A DNA stretch of 31,990 nucleotides from a virus (IMGVR_UViG_3300011337_000379:1-31990); one strand, 5' to 3'. Numbered from the stretch's first letter, positions 10,101-19,011 are shown. Numbers and translations: made by a program. The notes: generated by a model not told the origin, from the sequence alone.

Positions 10101-12374
10101 GTTCACGAAATAACTGGATCTTTAAAAATAACTGGATCTCTAACCGTTAGTCATGGAATAACCGGAAGTTTATTCGGAACTTCAAGTAACGCTGTATCAG
10201 CTTCAAGATCAGTTAGCTCTAGCATAGCTGATAACTCAATATTATTTGACGGAAGAAATAGGCAAATATTCGCTACTACTGGATCTAATTCTTTCTTAGG
10301 AACTCAAACAGTAACAGGAAGTCTTAATATATCTGGATCAACTACTCAAATTGGTAATAACACTCTTCTTGGAACAACTCTATTATCAGGTAGTGTAACT
10401 ATTTCAGGATCGCTAGGATCTACTATTCCAAGCGTACAAATTTACGGTGATATTAGACAAGCTGGTTATCATAGATTCGATGCGGTATCAACAAATATAA
10501 ACACAAGCATATCAGCCTCTTACATATATGTTTCTGGTTCTACAAACGACTTATATTTTAGCCAAAATGGATCTGGATACTCTAACGTAACAAGACTTAG
10601 GTGGTTAGAGGGTAACATGTATACAGGATTGTTAAATGGAGGTGTAATTGGATCATCATCATCTACAGTTTATACCGTATCAAGTGGTTCTGGTATTATA
10701 GTAGATCTAAATGCCTCTTTAAGTGACAATCCTTTCCCGATAATTAAATACGTAAATTGGAATAATCTTTCTGCTAGCATTGCACCTCAAACCGGATCTT
10801 ACGACCAGACTTTTGTAGGTATCGATAATACAGGTAATATATACGCTCAAGGAACTCCATTTTTTGATGGACAATTTGACACTTTAATCAATATAGGTGT
10901 AGTTTTACATCAAAATCGTTCTACAATTAATGCGGTTAAAACACAACCTAGTGTAGCATATGGAGCAGTACAAAGAAATAATATATTTACAAGAGCATTT
11001 GGACCTTTAAAACTTTCCGGATTTACCTTAGCGGCTAGCGGATCTTCTACAGGAAGTTTAATAGTCGGAAGCGGAACTGCTTACGCAGACGGAGCATATT
11101 ACACAGTAGATCCAGACAATCCAAGTTACGTAATAGACAATGGTACTAATATATCAAAAATATACAGATACAGACAGTCCGGATCTCAATATGTATACAA
11201 CACTAACGCAGGAGCAGGTTATCCAATAATAGATTCACAAAACTATTCCAATAATGGAGTTTTAACCGCGGTTGGAGCTGGAAACTTCTCTATTCAAAGA
11301 GTATTTTGGTTCCCTAATTCAAACACAAAAGCAATAGTAGTTTATTACGGAAACAGAACATATTCTACCTTATCTGATGCAATCGCGAATATTAATATAG
11401 AGTCTTTTGTAGAAGCTCCAAACACTGCGGCTAACGCAATATACCTTGGAGCAATCTGTATCTCAGGAGCTAATAATGCTTCATTACAAGTACCAGCAGA
11501 TGCAACAATTATGCCTTCGGGATTATTTAGGTCTATTGGAGGCTCAGGAGGTGGTGGTTCTACAATCACAACTACTTTAGCTGGACTTTCTGATGTATCA
11601 ATTACAGCACCAAGTGATCATCAACCTTTTGCTTATGATACTACAGCAGGAAAATGGACTAATCAGTCTACAATAACTGCAAATATAGTTGGTAACGCAA
11701 GTACCGCAACTACGGCTTCTTACGCTATGTTTGCACTTACAGCTTCTTATATATCAGGATCTGGCGGAACAGGAGCAGGATTTCCATTCTCTGGATCTGC
11801 AGTCATAACAGGAAGCTTACTAGTTTCTTCTAGCCTACAAGTTACCGGATCCTTATCGGTTACTCAAGGAATCACAGGATCTCTATTTGGGACAGCTTCT
11901 CAAGCAGTAAGTAGTTCATACGCTTTAACTGCTTCTTATGCTGCCAACGTGCCCCAAACTGCATCCTATGCGCTTCAAGCGGCTAGCTCATCTTTCGCAG
12001 TTACCTCTTCTTACACCGAAGTTGCAGCCACTGCTTCGTACGCGGTATCTTTCCAAGTTAGGGGAGCACTTACCGAATACGCGACCGTTAACACTTCGAT
12101 AGTAGGATCAAACAACTTGTTCACCAAACAAACTGGAAGCTTTACTTCTGGATTCTACAAGTACACGGTACACAGTGGATCAAACGCAAGAGCAGGAGAA
12201 GTATTCGCGGTCTGGAACAGAGGAAACGTAGAGTACACGGACATTTCTACCAACGATCTCGGAAGTACCGCAACCGTAACAGCATCAGTAGCGATAATAA
12301 ACTCAGAAGCTCAATTTAATATACAAACAAACGATTCTGCTTGGCAAATAAGAAGCACAGTAACATATTTATAG
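7176..12374 (+). CDS. Large mosaic fibre/spike structural protein with a pectin-lyase-like beta-helix region
   Basis: 1732 aa. YVSPEGIDTNDG...PFKTIKAA beta-helix entry motif, ITNGGSGY-type repeats, and many TGS/SGS and TASYA shaft repeats. Confidence 0.7.
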   Translation: MASLTGQKIKDTYKSLLKVGDNGQITPNFKNISDGTGSATGLYLKSDGVEISGSFIVSGSLDVSGSFFITQIYGNLIGTASYATQAINANTASFAPNYTTLIGFNNFTSSYKSDSGSFDQRTDLLENAMSGSKRLYVSPEGIDTNDGTEPHKPFKTIKAAVDSLGAKSPYNIKRYTIFVGSGDYTEQNPIVVPPGVAIVGDNLRTVRLTAANPTKDYFHIYESSYFYGLRILNLQHPAFCFSFPCSIATATISGGQVTGLNLIHSATGYTDGVNQDIGILIEEPDGIGTAATAVATISGGLITSFTITNGGSGYALGEKPLVSIPIPTSVRPFIGTSPYIQNCSSITGPFDNSGNLISVFTPLPYDTSNVNEQGAGGGMRIDGNLTTVGSPLRSMVADSFTQVNQGGPGHLVINRGYAQFVSCFTTFCTYGFKTAAGGFANVSNSVIDFGKYGLISKTYYPFTYNTGSSLETKTSTVSGFVIDENGAGYTGSVANVTITGGGAIVNATAQANVNANGSIDEIVLLTGGSGYTDQPNVTIAAPTGVGGIQATTVAGKASITGVSEMLISLVSGSRSVDISSNMRLNGTNYLITGVAAVSGQPSQKRITTYPSPSSIATGDVVQFYDLSNISTGGLVNEYVGSGVTYNALPQYGGIPIKQREVTQIAPGKVFYVTIDNIGNLAIGSYFAVNQLTGEVTINANSFNLSGLNAIGPFKRNGVPVGVVLQEVSNNTALINSQGIYGEDTAPTQYAVQQYVSVVSSSIGTNIAQTSASIASNIAATSASLMSLSSSYASLSSSFRSGSYSGSFTGFFTGSIGNLKGRLQYIPAFSSVDSLVTSSMYQIYPQSIAINQEAITTAAPEALYVWQSSTSSFNVISGKGNLNNYLQLNIQNTNQGPTASSDVVATANNGDETTNYIDMGINGENFVGPIGVSNDAYLYSTGRDLHIGNASNYPVQIFAGGFDTNLNRKAVFSPNGVHEITGSLKITGSLTVSHGITGSLFGTSSNAVSASRSVSSSIADNSILFDGRNRQIFATTGSNSFLGTQTVTGSLNISGSTTQIGNNTLLGTTLLSGSVTISGSLGSTIPSVQIYGDIRQAGYHRFDAVSTNINTSISASYIYVSGSTNDLYFSQNGSGYSNVTRLRWLEGNMYTGLLNGGVIGSSSSTVYTVSSGSGIIVDLNASLSDNPFPIIKYVNWNNLSASIAPQTGSYDQTFVGIDNTGNIYAQGTPFFDGQFDTLINIGVVLHQNRSTINAVKTQPSVAYGAVQRNNIFTRAFGPLKLSGFTLAASGSSTGSLIVGSGTAYADGAYYTVDPDNPSYVIDNGTNISKIYRYRQSGSQYVYNTNAGAGYPIIDSQNYSNNGVLTAVGAGNFSIQRVFWFPNSNTKAIVVYYGNRTYSTLSDAIANINIESFVEAPNTAANAIYLGAICISGANNASLQVPADATIMPSGLFRSIGGSGGGGSTITTTLAGLSDVSITAPSDHQPFAYDTTAGKWTNQSTITANIVGNASTATTASYAMFALTASYISGSGGTGAGFPFSGSAVITGSLLVSSSLQVTGSLSVTQGITGSLFGTASQAVSSSYALTASYAANVPQTASYALQAASSSFAVTSSYTEVAATASYAVSFQVRGALTEYATVNTSIVGSNNLFTKQTGSFTSGFYKYTVHSGSNARAGEVFAVWNRGNVEYTDISTNDLGSTATVTASVAIINSEAQFNIQTNDSAWQIRSTVTYL
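12365..12372 (+). promoter_or_regulatory. Putative late-promoter motif ATATTTAT overlapping the end of the fibre gene
   Basis: The octamer overlaps the last codons of 7176..12374, upstream of the hairpin and ORF 12424. Confidence 0.4.
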
Positions 12375-12391
12375 AAAATAGATAAACCCTC

Positions 12392-12415
12392 GTCTTGGGG
12401 AGAGTGAACCGAGAC
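12392..12415 (+). promoter_or_regulatory. GC-rich intergenic hairpin with a purine-rich GGAGAGTGAA loop (candidate cis-regulatory RNA)
   Basis: GTCTTGG (12392-12398) pairs with CCGAGAC (12409-12415) with one G-U. 10-nt loop, no U-tract, 8 nt before the ATG at 12424. Confidence 0.55.
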
Positions 12416-12423
12416 ACAAAGAT

Positions 12424-12678
12424 ATGAGTTTAGAATTTATAGCCCGGAATGGGGTGATAGCCCAAAACGATTCTATAATAACAGGATCGCTTAAAGTAAC
12501 AAAAGGAATCTCAGGATCCTTTTTTGGCACAGCATCAAATGCAGTATCTTCTTCCTACTCTTTATCAAGTTCATTTGCCGTAAGCTCTTCTTACGCGCTT
12601 AGCTCTTCTTACGCAGTAACTTCTTCCTTTTCAATAACCGGATCTTTTGCTTTAACAGTTGATGGAGGTGGCTTCTAA
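12424..12678 (+). CDS. Short Ser-rich fibre stalk/adaptor protein
   Basis: 84 aa with an EFIARNG N-terminus, SSS(Y/F)Ax hexapeptide repeats and a C-terminal VDGGGF. TAATG-coupled to the next gene. Confidence 0.65.
   Translation: MSLEFIARNGVIAQNDSIITGSLKVTKGISGSFFGTASNAVSSSYSLSSSFAVSSSYALSSSYAVTSSFSITGSFALTVDGGGF
12583..12614 (+). repeat. 18-bp period coding repeat (AGCTCTTCTTACGC x2)
   Basis: Identical 14-mers at 12583-12596 and 12601-12614 encode SSSYA. Degenerate units flank them. Confidence 0.7.
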
Positions 12679-13562
12679 TGGGAGTTACTTTATCATATAG
12701 TGGACTTAGCGGTAAGGTTAAGTTTTTCGGAACTTCTGGAAGATTTAGGACTAGATATGTAAAACCGCTGTTACTTGATACTTACCCAGACGCTGCCGTC
12801 GCTTATTCATTACGTAAGTTAAGAACTGCTTATACTGGTGCTGCTATTCAAGTAAGAAGATCAACTGATGGTGCTTTATTAGATATCGGTTTTGTTAACA
12901 ATGTTTTAGACACAACAACTTTATTAACTTTTATAGGCGCAAATCGTGCAAATGTAAGTATATGGTATGACCAAAGCGGAAATAATAATAATGCTGCTGT
13001 GCCTTTTAACTCTACCGATGCGCATACAATAGTTCTTGCGGGTGTATTGCAAACACAAAATGGTAAACCTTCTATAAATTTTGTTGATGGCACTAGATTA
13101 GAAATGACTAATCAAATTAGCGCTGCAGTAAATAATAGTCTTTTTTTGGTAGGAAAAGCAAATTCATTGTCCACAGGAGGTCCTATGATCGGACAAACTT
13201 CTCCGGGTGGTTCAGGTCCAGCAATGGGTCAATATTTAGGAACTTATTTGATGTTAGTTTATAATGGAACTAATTTAAGTCAATACCAAAGTGCAGCTGG
13301 TACAGCAGATACAAATTTTAATATAATTAGTCAATACTATACTACGGGTCCAGTAGCTACAATGTATAAAAATAACAGTATAATATCAAATACATTAGAA
13401 ACTACCTATGCGGCGTCATCGTATAATTTTTGGAATATTGGCTCGCATGGCGGATTTCAAACACGTGGATTTGTATCAGAAGTGATTTTGTACAAATCAA
13501 ATCAGTTAAGTAATGGAACAGCAATAAACACAAATATCAACTCATACTACTCAATATACTAA
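12678..13562 (+). CDS. ConA/LamG-like (GH54 arabinofuranosidase-catalytic-like) lectin protein, paralogue 1
   Basis: LLLDTYPDAAVAYSLRKLRTAYTGAAIQVRRS..DIGF, WYDQSGN, SEVILY, NINSYYSIY. Confidence 0.7.
   Translation: MGVTLSYSGLSGKVKFFGTSGRFRTRYVKPLLLDTYPDAAVAYSLRKLRTAYTGAAIQVRRSTDGALLDIGFVNNVLDTTTLLTFIGANRANVSIWYDQSGNNNNAAVPFNSTDAHTIVLAGVLQTQNGKPSINFVDGTRLEMTNQISAAVNNSLFLVGKANSLSTGGPMIGQTSPGGSGPAMGQYLGTYLMLVYNGTNLSQYQSAAGTADTNFNIISQYYTTGPVATMYKNNSIISNTLETTYAASSYNFWNIGSHGGFQTRGFVSEVILYKSNQLSNGTAINTNINSYYSIY
13539..13562 (+). repeat. 24-bp direct repeat, copy 1 (AACTCATACTACTCAATATACTAA)
   Basis: 3' end of paralogue 1 including the stop codon. Identical to 19951-19974. Confidence 0.9.
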
Positions 13563-13571
13563 TAAAAGTCA

Positions 13572-14960
13572 ATGGCAATAAGGATCACAAATAACAATTA
13601 CGGCGGAAGAGTCTCCATATCAAGCAGAGGTCTTGGAGGGAGATTCCAGTATGTAGCTGATCCACCCCCAATTCCTTTATTGCTTGACACTTATTCTGGA
13701 GCTGCAGCGGCTTATTCATTACGTAAATTAAGAACAGTCTACGCTGGTTCTGCAATTCGTGTTAGAAGGTCAAGTGATAATACAGAAACTGATATAGGAT
13801 TCAACAGTAGCAATGGATTAGACACAACTAGTCTTTTGTCTTTTATAGGATACCAAAATTTATTAGCTTCTCCGCAAGACTTTAATAACGCTATTTGGCA
13901 AAAAGGCGCAACTTCACCTGCTACAGTAGTAACAGCAAACGTAACTACAGCTCCAGATGGCACTACAACTGCTGATTTAATAACGCAAACGACTGCAATT
14001 AATTTATACCAAGATTACAGTAATACTAATGACTCTATGTGCGTCTTTAGTTGTTATTTAAAAAAATCAACTCAATCAACCTGTGATTTATACTTGTATA
14101 GAACTAATACAGGATTTTTATCTCAAGCAACTTTTAACTTAGATACTGGAACTATTACTGCACAGCAATACGGAGCTAATGCAAAAATAGAAAGTGTAGG
14201 AAATGGATGGTATAGGTGTTCTGTGACAACCACTATTGGAGTCATGGGAATCACAACGGGAATATACAACACATCTAGTGTATACGCATGGGGAGCCCAG
14301 TTAACGATTACTGGATATCAACAATATACGTCAACTACAAACTCAAATACTGGATACATAACAAAATGGTACGATCAAAGCTCGAATAGTCGAGATGCAA
14401 TACAAGCAACAACAGCTAATCAACCGTATGTTATAGTAGCAGATGTTAGAGATAAACCTTCTATTTTTTATAGAAATCCTTACGAATTAAGGACAGTAAA
14501 TGACGCAACTTTCTTAACCAATACAGCATATACTGCATTTGTAGTAGAATCACAATCAACAGTAGGCAACGATAGGTATTTCTTAGGTGTTGATTATACA
14601 GGCGCCACTTCTAACAGCATAGTTGCTATAGGATACAGATCTACTTCTCAAGTTAGTATAGCTCACTATTCTAACGACGCTAACTTTACGTTTACCTCAG
14701 TTACAGCTCAAAAGTTAACCTCGGCTATTTTCAAAAATACAGGTTCAGACTACTATATCAATAATGCTAGTTTAGGAACTTCTGTATTACCAACTAGTGC
14801 TGTAACTATAAATAGCAAACTACAAATAGGTCGCGCTTTAGGTACAGGAGCTTTATACTATTACGGCAGTATATCTGAAATGATAGTATACACAACAAAT
14901 CAGACATCGAATCTAGCAGCGATAAACTCAAACATAAACTCATACTACACAATATACTAA
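13572..14960 (+). CDS. ConA/LamG-like lectin paralogue 2 with an inserted galactose-binding/CBM-like domain
   Basis: Same family motifs. ~165-aa insert (NLL...APDGTTTADLI...GNGWYRCS...YAWGAQL) between LLSFIG and WYDQS. Confidence 0.7.
   Translation: MAIRITNNNYGGRVSISSRGLGGRFQYVADPPPIPLLLDTYSGAAAAYSLRKLRTVYAGSAIRVRRSSDNTETDIGFNSSNGLDTTSLLSFIGYQNLLASPQDFNNAIWQKGATSPATVVTANVTTAPDGTTTADLITQTTAINLYQDYSNTNDSMCVFSCYLKKSTQSTCDLYLYRTNTGFLSQATFNLDTGTITAQQYGANAKIESVGNGWYRCSVTTTIGVMGITTGIYNTSSVYAWGAQLTITGYQQYTSTTNSNTGYITKWYDQSSNSRDAIQATTANQPYVIVADVRDKPSIFYRNPYELRTVNDATFLTNTAYTAFVVESQSTVGNDRYFLGVDYTGATSNSIVAIGYRSTSQVSIAHYSNDANFTFTSVTAQKLTSAIFKNTGSDYYINNASLGTSVLPTSAVTINSKLQIGRALGTGALYYYGSISEMIVYTTNQTSNLAAINSNINSYYTIY
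14937..14960 (+). repeat. 24-bp direct repeat, copy 2
   Basis: AACTCATACTACACAATATACTAA, 1 mismatch to copy 1. Gene end. Confidence 0.9.
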
Positions 14961-17111
14961 ATGGGAATAACGATAACAAATAGCGGTCAAGGTTCAGTAG
15001 TAAGATTTAGAAATCTAGGTCGTGGAGGTCTTATGACTACTTCTATGATAGAACCACTATTCTTAGATTCTTATACTAATGCTGGAGCTGCATACTCTTT
15101 GAGAAAGTTAAGCAAGACGTATTCTGGTCCAGCTATCAGAGTTAGAAGAAGTTCCGATAATTTAGAACAAGATATTGGATTCATAGGTCAAACTTTGGAT
15201 ATAGACTCAATGATTGCGCTTATAGGCGATTCTAACTTAACTAAACATTCTGAAGAATTAGATAATTGGACTTCCTTTAACAGTGCTACAGTAAATGCCA
15301 ATGTTACTACAGATCCAATAGGAGGAAATACAGCTGATAGAGTGAATTTTGCGGCTTTTGTTAATTCTCAAATGTACATGAACTTAGGTCCAAATGCGAT
15401 TAATTCAATAGGGTTTAACAGTTATACTCTTAGCGCGTGGGTAAAATCAGATACGAAATCAAAATTTAGATTTAAAATAAATTCTGTATCATTTCCCACC
15501 AATAATGAATTATTTAGCCCAGACATAACAACAACAACTTCTTGGACTAGATATAGTTATACTTTTAATATACCGACTCCTGAAACCGCAGATATACAAA
15601 GCCCAGCAATAGCAAATGATTCAACTGGAACCACAGGGTCTGTTTTTGTTTGGGGAGTTCAACTTAATGCTGGTCTTTTAAGAAATTATGTAAAAACGAT
15701 ATCAACAGCTACAAGCAGTCCAAGATTGCATGTAACTACATGGTATGACCAATCAGGAAACGGAAGACACGCAACTCAAACAGTAGCAGGAGATCAACCT
15801 ATGATTTCAAATTATGGAGGAATTTACGTGACTAACTCAAAACCTTCTATATTTTTTAATCTTATATATGGTTACACAGCTTTTCAACATTCTTTAGGCG
15901 TTAGCTCTGGGTATAGCGCAATGATCGGAGTTATTAGAAGCTACTCTCCATCATCCGGAAAAACATTATATAGTTTTACACCTGCGAATGCTAGAATAAT
16001 GAATCTGCTATATGGTAATATAGACCCCACAAATCAATGGGGAACCTATCTTAATAGTCCGAAAAGTTCAGGATACTTAGCTTATGGAAGTCAAACATTG
16101 ATAGCAAGTTTTGCAGACAACAGTATTTCAGGAACTCCAACCAACTATTTAGCCACGAATAATAATAATGTAGTAACTGTTACTGATACTTCAAGAGCTT
16201 TAGCAGGTAATACAACAAATCAGTACATCGGTAGATATAGTCCATCTGGTCTTGGTGAAACTTATGTTGGACATCTTCAAGAACTTATAGCATATAACAA
16301 TGACAAATACTCTAGCTTAAGCGGAATTAGAAACAATATAAACTCATACTACACAATTTATCCAACTGATACTGATGTGCTAGCTTTTATTAGTAGAGTT
16401 ACTACTGCTGGTGGAACTTTAAGTGCAACAGAACAAACCGCAGTTAATCAATTAGTAATTAGCATGAAGGCAGCAGGTATTTGGACGTTAATGAAAGCTG
16501 TTTATCCAATGGTAGGAGCAAGTGCCGCTGCTTGTGCTCAAAACTTAAAAAGTAGTGATTTTACTGGAACATTTAACGGTACTCTTACTTATGCAAGTAC
16601 TGGAGTTACTAGTAATGGTACAACTGGATACATGAATACAAATCTAAATTCATCAGTTCATTTAGGTCTAGATAATCTACATGTTTCAGTCTATTTAAGA
16701 ACAAACGTACAAGCCGATAATTGCGATATTGGTAATTATAATGGTAGTAGTTCTGCTATTACTATTTATTCTCGTACTAGTGGTAATACGCAATATACAA
16801 GACTACATGATGAAAACAATAGTTCTATAACTATTACTGATTCAAGAGGATTTAGATTGGGTAGTAGGTCGTCATCAACAGCAAAAATAAACGTTAACAA
16901 TTCAACTATTACACCAATATCATCAAATTCAGTTGCTTTAATTAATGCTAATATTTATTTAATGGCATTAAGTAATAATAACACTCCATCCCAATATACT
17001 ACTCGCGAAGTTGCTTTTGCCTCTATTGGTGATGGATTAACAAACACACAAGCAGCAGATTTTTATACGGCAGTACAAACATTTCAAATAACACTAGGAA
17101 GACAAGTATAA
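14961..17111 (+). CDS. ConA/LamG-like lectin paralogue 3 with a CBM-like insert and an extra C-terminal domain
   Basis: AYSLRKL..AIRVRRSSD..DIGF, insert ending FVWGVQL, WYDQSGN, NINSYYTIY. Continues into a ~250-aa second domain (DTDVLAF...FQITLGRQV). Confidence 0.7.
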   Translation: MGITITNSGQGSVVRFRNLGRGGLMTTSMIEPLFLDSYTNAGAAYSLRKLSKTYSGPAIRVRRSSDNLEQDIGFIGQTLDIDSMIALIGDSNLTKHSEELDNWTSFNSATVNANVTTDPIGGNTADRVNFAAFVNSQMYMNLGPNAINSIGFNSYTLSAWVKSDTKSKFRFKINSVSFPTNNELFSPDITTTTSWTRYSYTFNIPTPETADIQSPAIANDSTGTTGSVFVWGVQLNAGLLRNYVKTISTATSSPRLHVTTWYDQSGNGRHATQTVAGDQPMISNYGGIYVTNSKPSIFFNLIYGYTAFQHSLGVSSGYSAMIGVIRSYSPSSGKTLYSFTPANARIMNLLYGNIDPTNQWGTYLNSPKSSGYLAYGSQTLIASFADNSISGTPTNYLATNNNNVVTVTDTSRALAGNTTNQYIGRYSPSGLGETYVGHLQELIAYNNDKYSSLSGIRNNINSYYTIYPTDTDVLAFISRVTTAGGTLSATEQTAVNQLVISMKAAGIWTLMKAVYPMVGASAAACAQNLKSSDFTGTFNGTLTYASTGVTSNGTTGYMNTNLNSSVHLGLDNLHVSVYLRTNVQADNCDIGNYNGSSSAITIYSRTSGNTQYTRLHDENNSSITITDSRGFRLGSRSSSTAKINVNNSTITPISSNSVALINANIYLMALSNNNTPSQYTTREVAFASIGDGLTNTQAADFYTAVQTFQITLGRQV
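16341..16361 (+). repeat. Repeat copy 3 (partial), at an internal domain junction
   Basis: AACTCATACTACACAATTTAT followed by CCA instead of a stop codon. Confidence 0.8.
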
Positions 17112-17130
17112 AATAATAAAAAATAAAGAC

Positions 17131-17529
17131 ATGAATTACATAATCGTAAACGCCTCAGAAACACTAACATCACAAGAAAGATGTGAACAGTTCTCAAGAG
17201 AGCTATTCAAAATCAGCAAGCCAGTAAACCAACCAGACGACGTATCAATGTATCTGTTTGGGTGGACAAACAAAGAAGACCTTTACGCTCTTCAAGTAGA
17301 TCTTGATTACTCTATCTATGTTCACCCCGACAAAGACTTGACCGCTCTAATATCCCTACTCAATCCCGCAGCCACTGCTGAGGAGATCTCAATAATCACC
17401 CAATCAATAGACGGGGCAAGTCACATTCCATTTAGAGAAATCTTACCTTCTTACGTTCAAGTAAAAACAAAAGAAGAGTTAGAAGCAGACGGATGGTTTC
17501 CAGTTCCAGAAGAATTACCACAAGCTTAA
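17131..17529 (+). CDS. Hypothetical acidic protein, possible fibre assembly chaperone
   Basis: 132-aa ORF after the fibre/lectin genes, with non-repetitive acidic composition. Function inferred from position only. Confidence 0.55.
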   Translation: MNYIIVNASETLTSQERCEQFSRELFKISKPVNQPDDVSMYLFGWTNKEDLYALQVDLDYSIYVHPDKDLTALISLLNPAATAEEISIITQSIDGASHIPFREILPSYVQVKTKEELEADGWFPVPEELPQA

Positions 17530-17539
17530 TTAATATACC

Positions 17540-18145
17540 ATGCCAATATTTCAGAAAAGAAGTTTAGTTGCAGGAGTACTCCCAACTACTGCATCATTGC
17601 TAGCAGGAGAGTTAGGAATAAATGTTCCTGACGGTAGAGTCTTTTTAAGAAAGTCCGGATCCGGATCGGATACGATCCAATCTGCAATAACTACTGGAGC
17701 ACAAAACTCTGGATCTGTAGTATTGAGCGGATCTTTAACGATTTTCTCTACCTCTGGAAGCGCCTTATCTGTAGCGAGCGATACCTTAGAGTTTAACGGA
17801 GACCAAATGGAGTTTACTGGAAGTTTCTCTGTTTCTGGATCAACTACTATCATAGGTAGGTTAACCGCAACTGATATCACAGGAAGTTTGTTTGGAACAG
17901 CAAGCAGAGCAGTAAGCTCAAGCTTTGCTGTTACTTCTTCCTATTCAACTAATGGATTTCCTTTCTCAGGAAGCGCTGTAATAAGCGGATCCCTATCTGT
18001 CTCTGGAAGCGTAAGCGTTTTTAATAACGAATTATTAGTTCAGACTACAGGAGTTAATCTAGGAAATGTTATCACAGACGCTCATACGGTTACCGGATCT
18101 TTCTCAGTATCAGGATCAATAAACATAGACGGAGGCACATACTAA
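17540..18145 (+). CDS. Short fibre stalk/adaptor with a phage fibre N-terminal attachment motif
   Basis: KRS...P....L..GELGINVPDGRVF attachment-type motif, SGS/TGS repeats and a C-terminal IDGGTY. TAATG-coupled to the next gene. Confidence 0.7.
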   Translation: MPIFQKRSLVAGVLPTTASLLAGELGINVPDGRVFLRKSGSGSDTIQSAITTGAQNSGSVVLSGSLTIFSTSGSALSVASDTLEFNGDQMEFTGSFSVSGSTTIIGRLTATDITGSLFGTASRAVSSSFAVTSSYSTNGFPFSGSAVISGSLSVSGSVSVFNNELLVQTTGVNLGNVITDAHTVTGSFSVSGSINIDGGTY

Positions 18146-19011
18146 TGCCAATACTAATATCAAATACTGGATTAAACGGAAGACTAAAGGTCTCTGGAAA
18201 CTCTACTGGAGGTTTTAAGGCTAGATATGTAGTTCCTTTACTACTTTCTCTTTATCCTGGAGCTTCAGTTGGATACAGCTTAAGAAAAATATCTTCTACA
18301 TATACCGGAAGTGCTATAAGAGTGAGAAGATCTAATGATAATGCTGAACAAAATATTGGATTCGTTAATAATGAATTAGACACTGCGTCTCTATTAACTT
18401 TTACTGGAGCTAATAGTGGATTTGTAACTACTTGGTATGATCAAAGCGGTAACGCTAATAATGCAGTTCAAGCAACTACTGCAATTCAAGGAAGAATAGT
18501 AAATGCAGGGGTTATAACCTATCAAAATGGAAAACCTATTATAGATTTTTATGGTGGAGGAATATTCTACACATATACTCCTATTATAGCTACCGGGAAT
18601 TTAAGCTTGTATATGGTACAAAAAAAATCTGCTGGTACAAGTATAATTATATCTAGTACAGGAGGTGGAGCATTTATTGGACAAGCTAATGACAATAATT
18701 TCTATATTCAGAGAGTCACTGGTGCTTCAGGATTTTATAGATCTGCAGCAGACTCTAGCACTACGTTTTGTATTTTAGAAGGATATACTAATCCTAGTGG
18801 AATGTCAGCTTATAAAAACAATATAGCATACACACTAACAGGAGAATTAGCTTTTGGTTCAACAAATACGACGATTAATAGTATTGGTAACTACAATGGA
18901 ACAGGCATAAGTAATGGTTATGCGGTAGAAATTATCATATACACGAATGATCAAACTTTAAATAGAACAGGAATAAACTCAAATATCAACTCATACTACT
19001 CAATATATTAA
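18145..19011 (+). CDS. ConA/LamG-like lectin paralogue 4
   Basis: GYSLRKI..AIRVRRSND..NIGF, WYDQSGN, EIIIY, NINSYYSIY. Confidence 0.7.
   Translation: MPILISNTGLNGRLKVSGNSTGGFKARYVVPLLLSLYPGASVGYSLRKISSTYTGSAIRVRRSNDNAEQNIGFVNNELDTASLLTFTGANSGFVTTWYDQSGNANNAVQATTAIQGRIVNAGVITYQNGKPIIDFYGGGIFYTYTPIIATGNLSLYMVQKKSAGTSIIISSTGGGAFIGQANDNNFYIQRVTGASGFYRSAADSSTTFCILEGYTNPSGMSAYKNNIAYTLTGELAFGSTNTTINSIGNYNGTGISNGYAVEIIIYTNDQTLNRTGINSNINSYYSIY
18988..19011 (+). repeat. 24-bp direct repeat, copy 4
   Basis: AACTCATACTACTCAATATATTAA, 1 mismatch to copy 1. Gene end. Confidence 0.9.

Noticed and set aside
17654-17665. Perfect 12-bp palindrome TCCGGATCCGGA
   Set aside because: It encodes SGSG and is not conserved at the DNA level in the paralogous segment of 20003.
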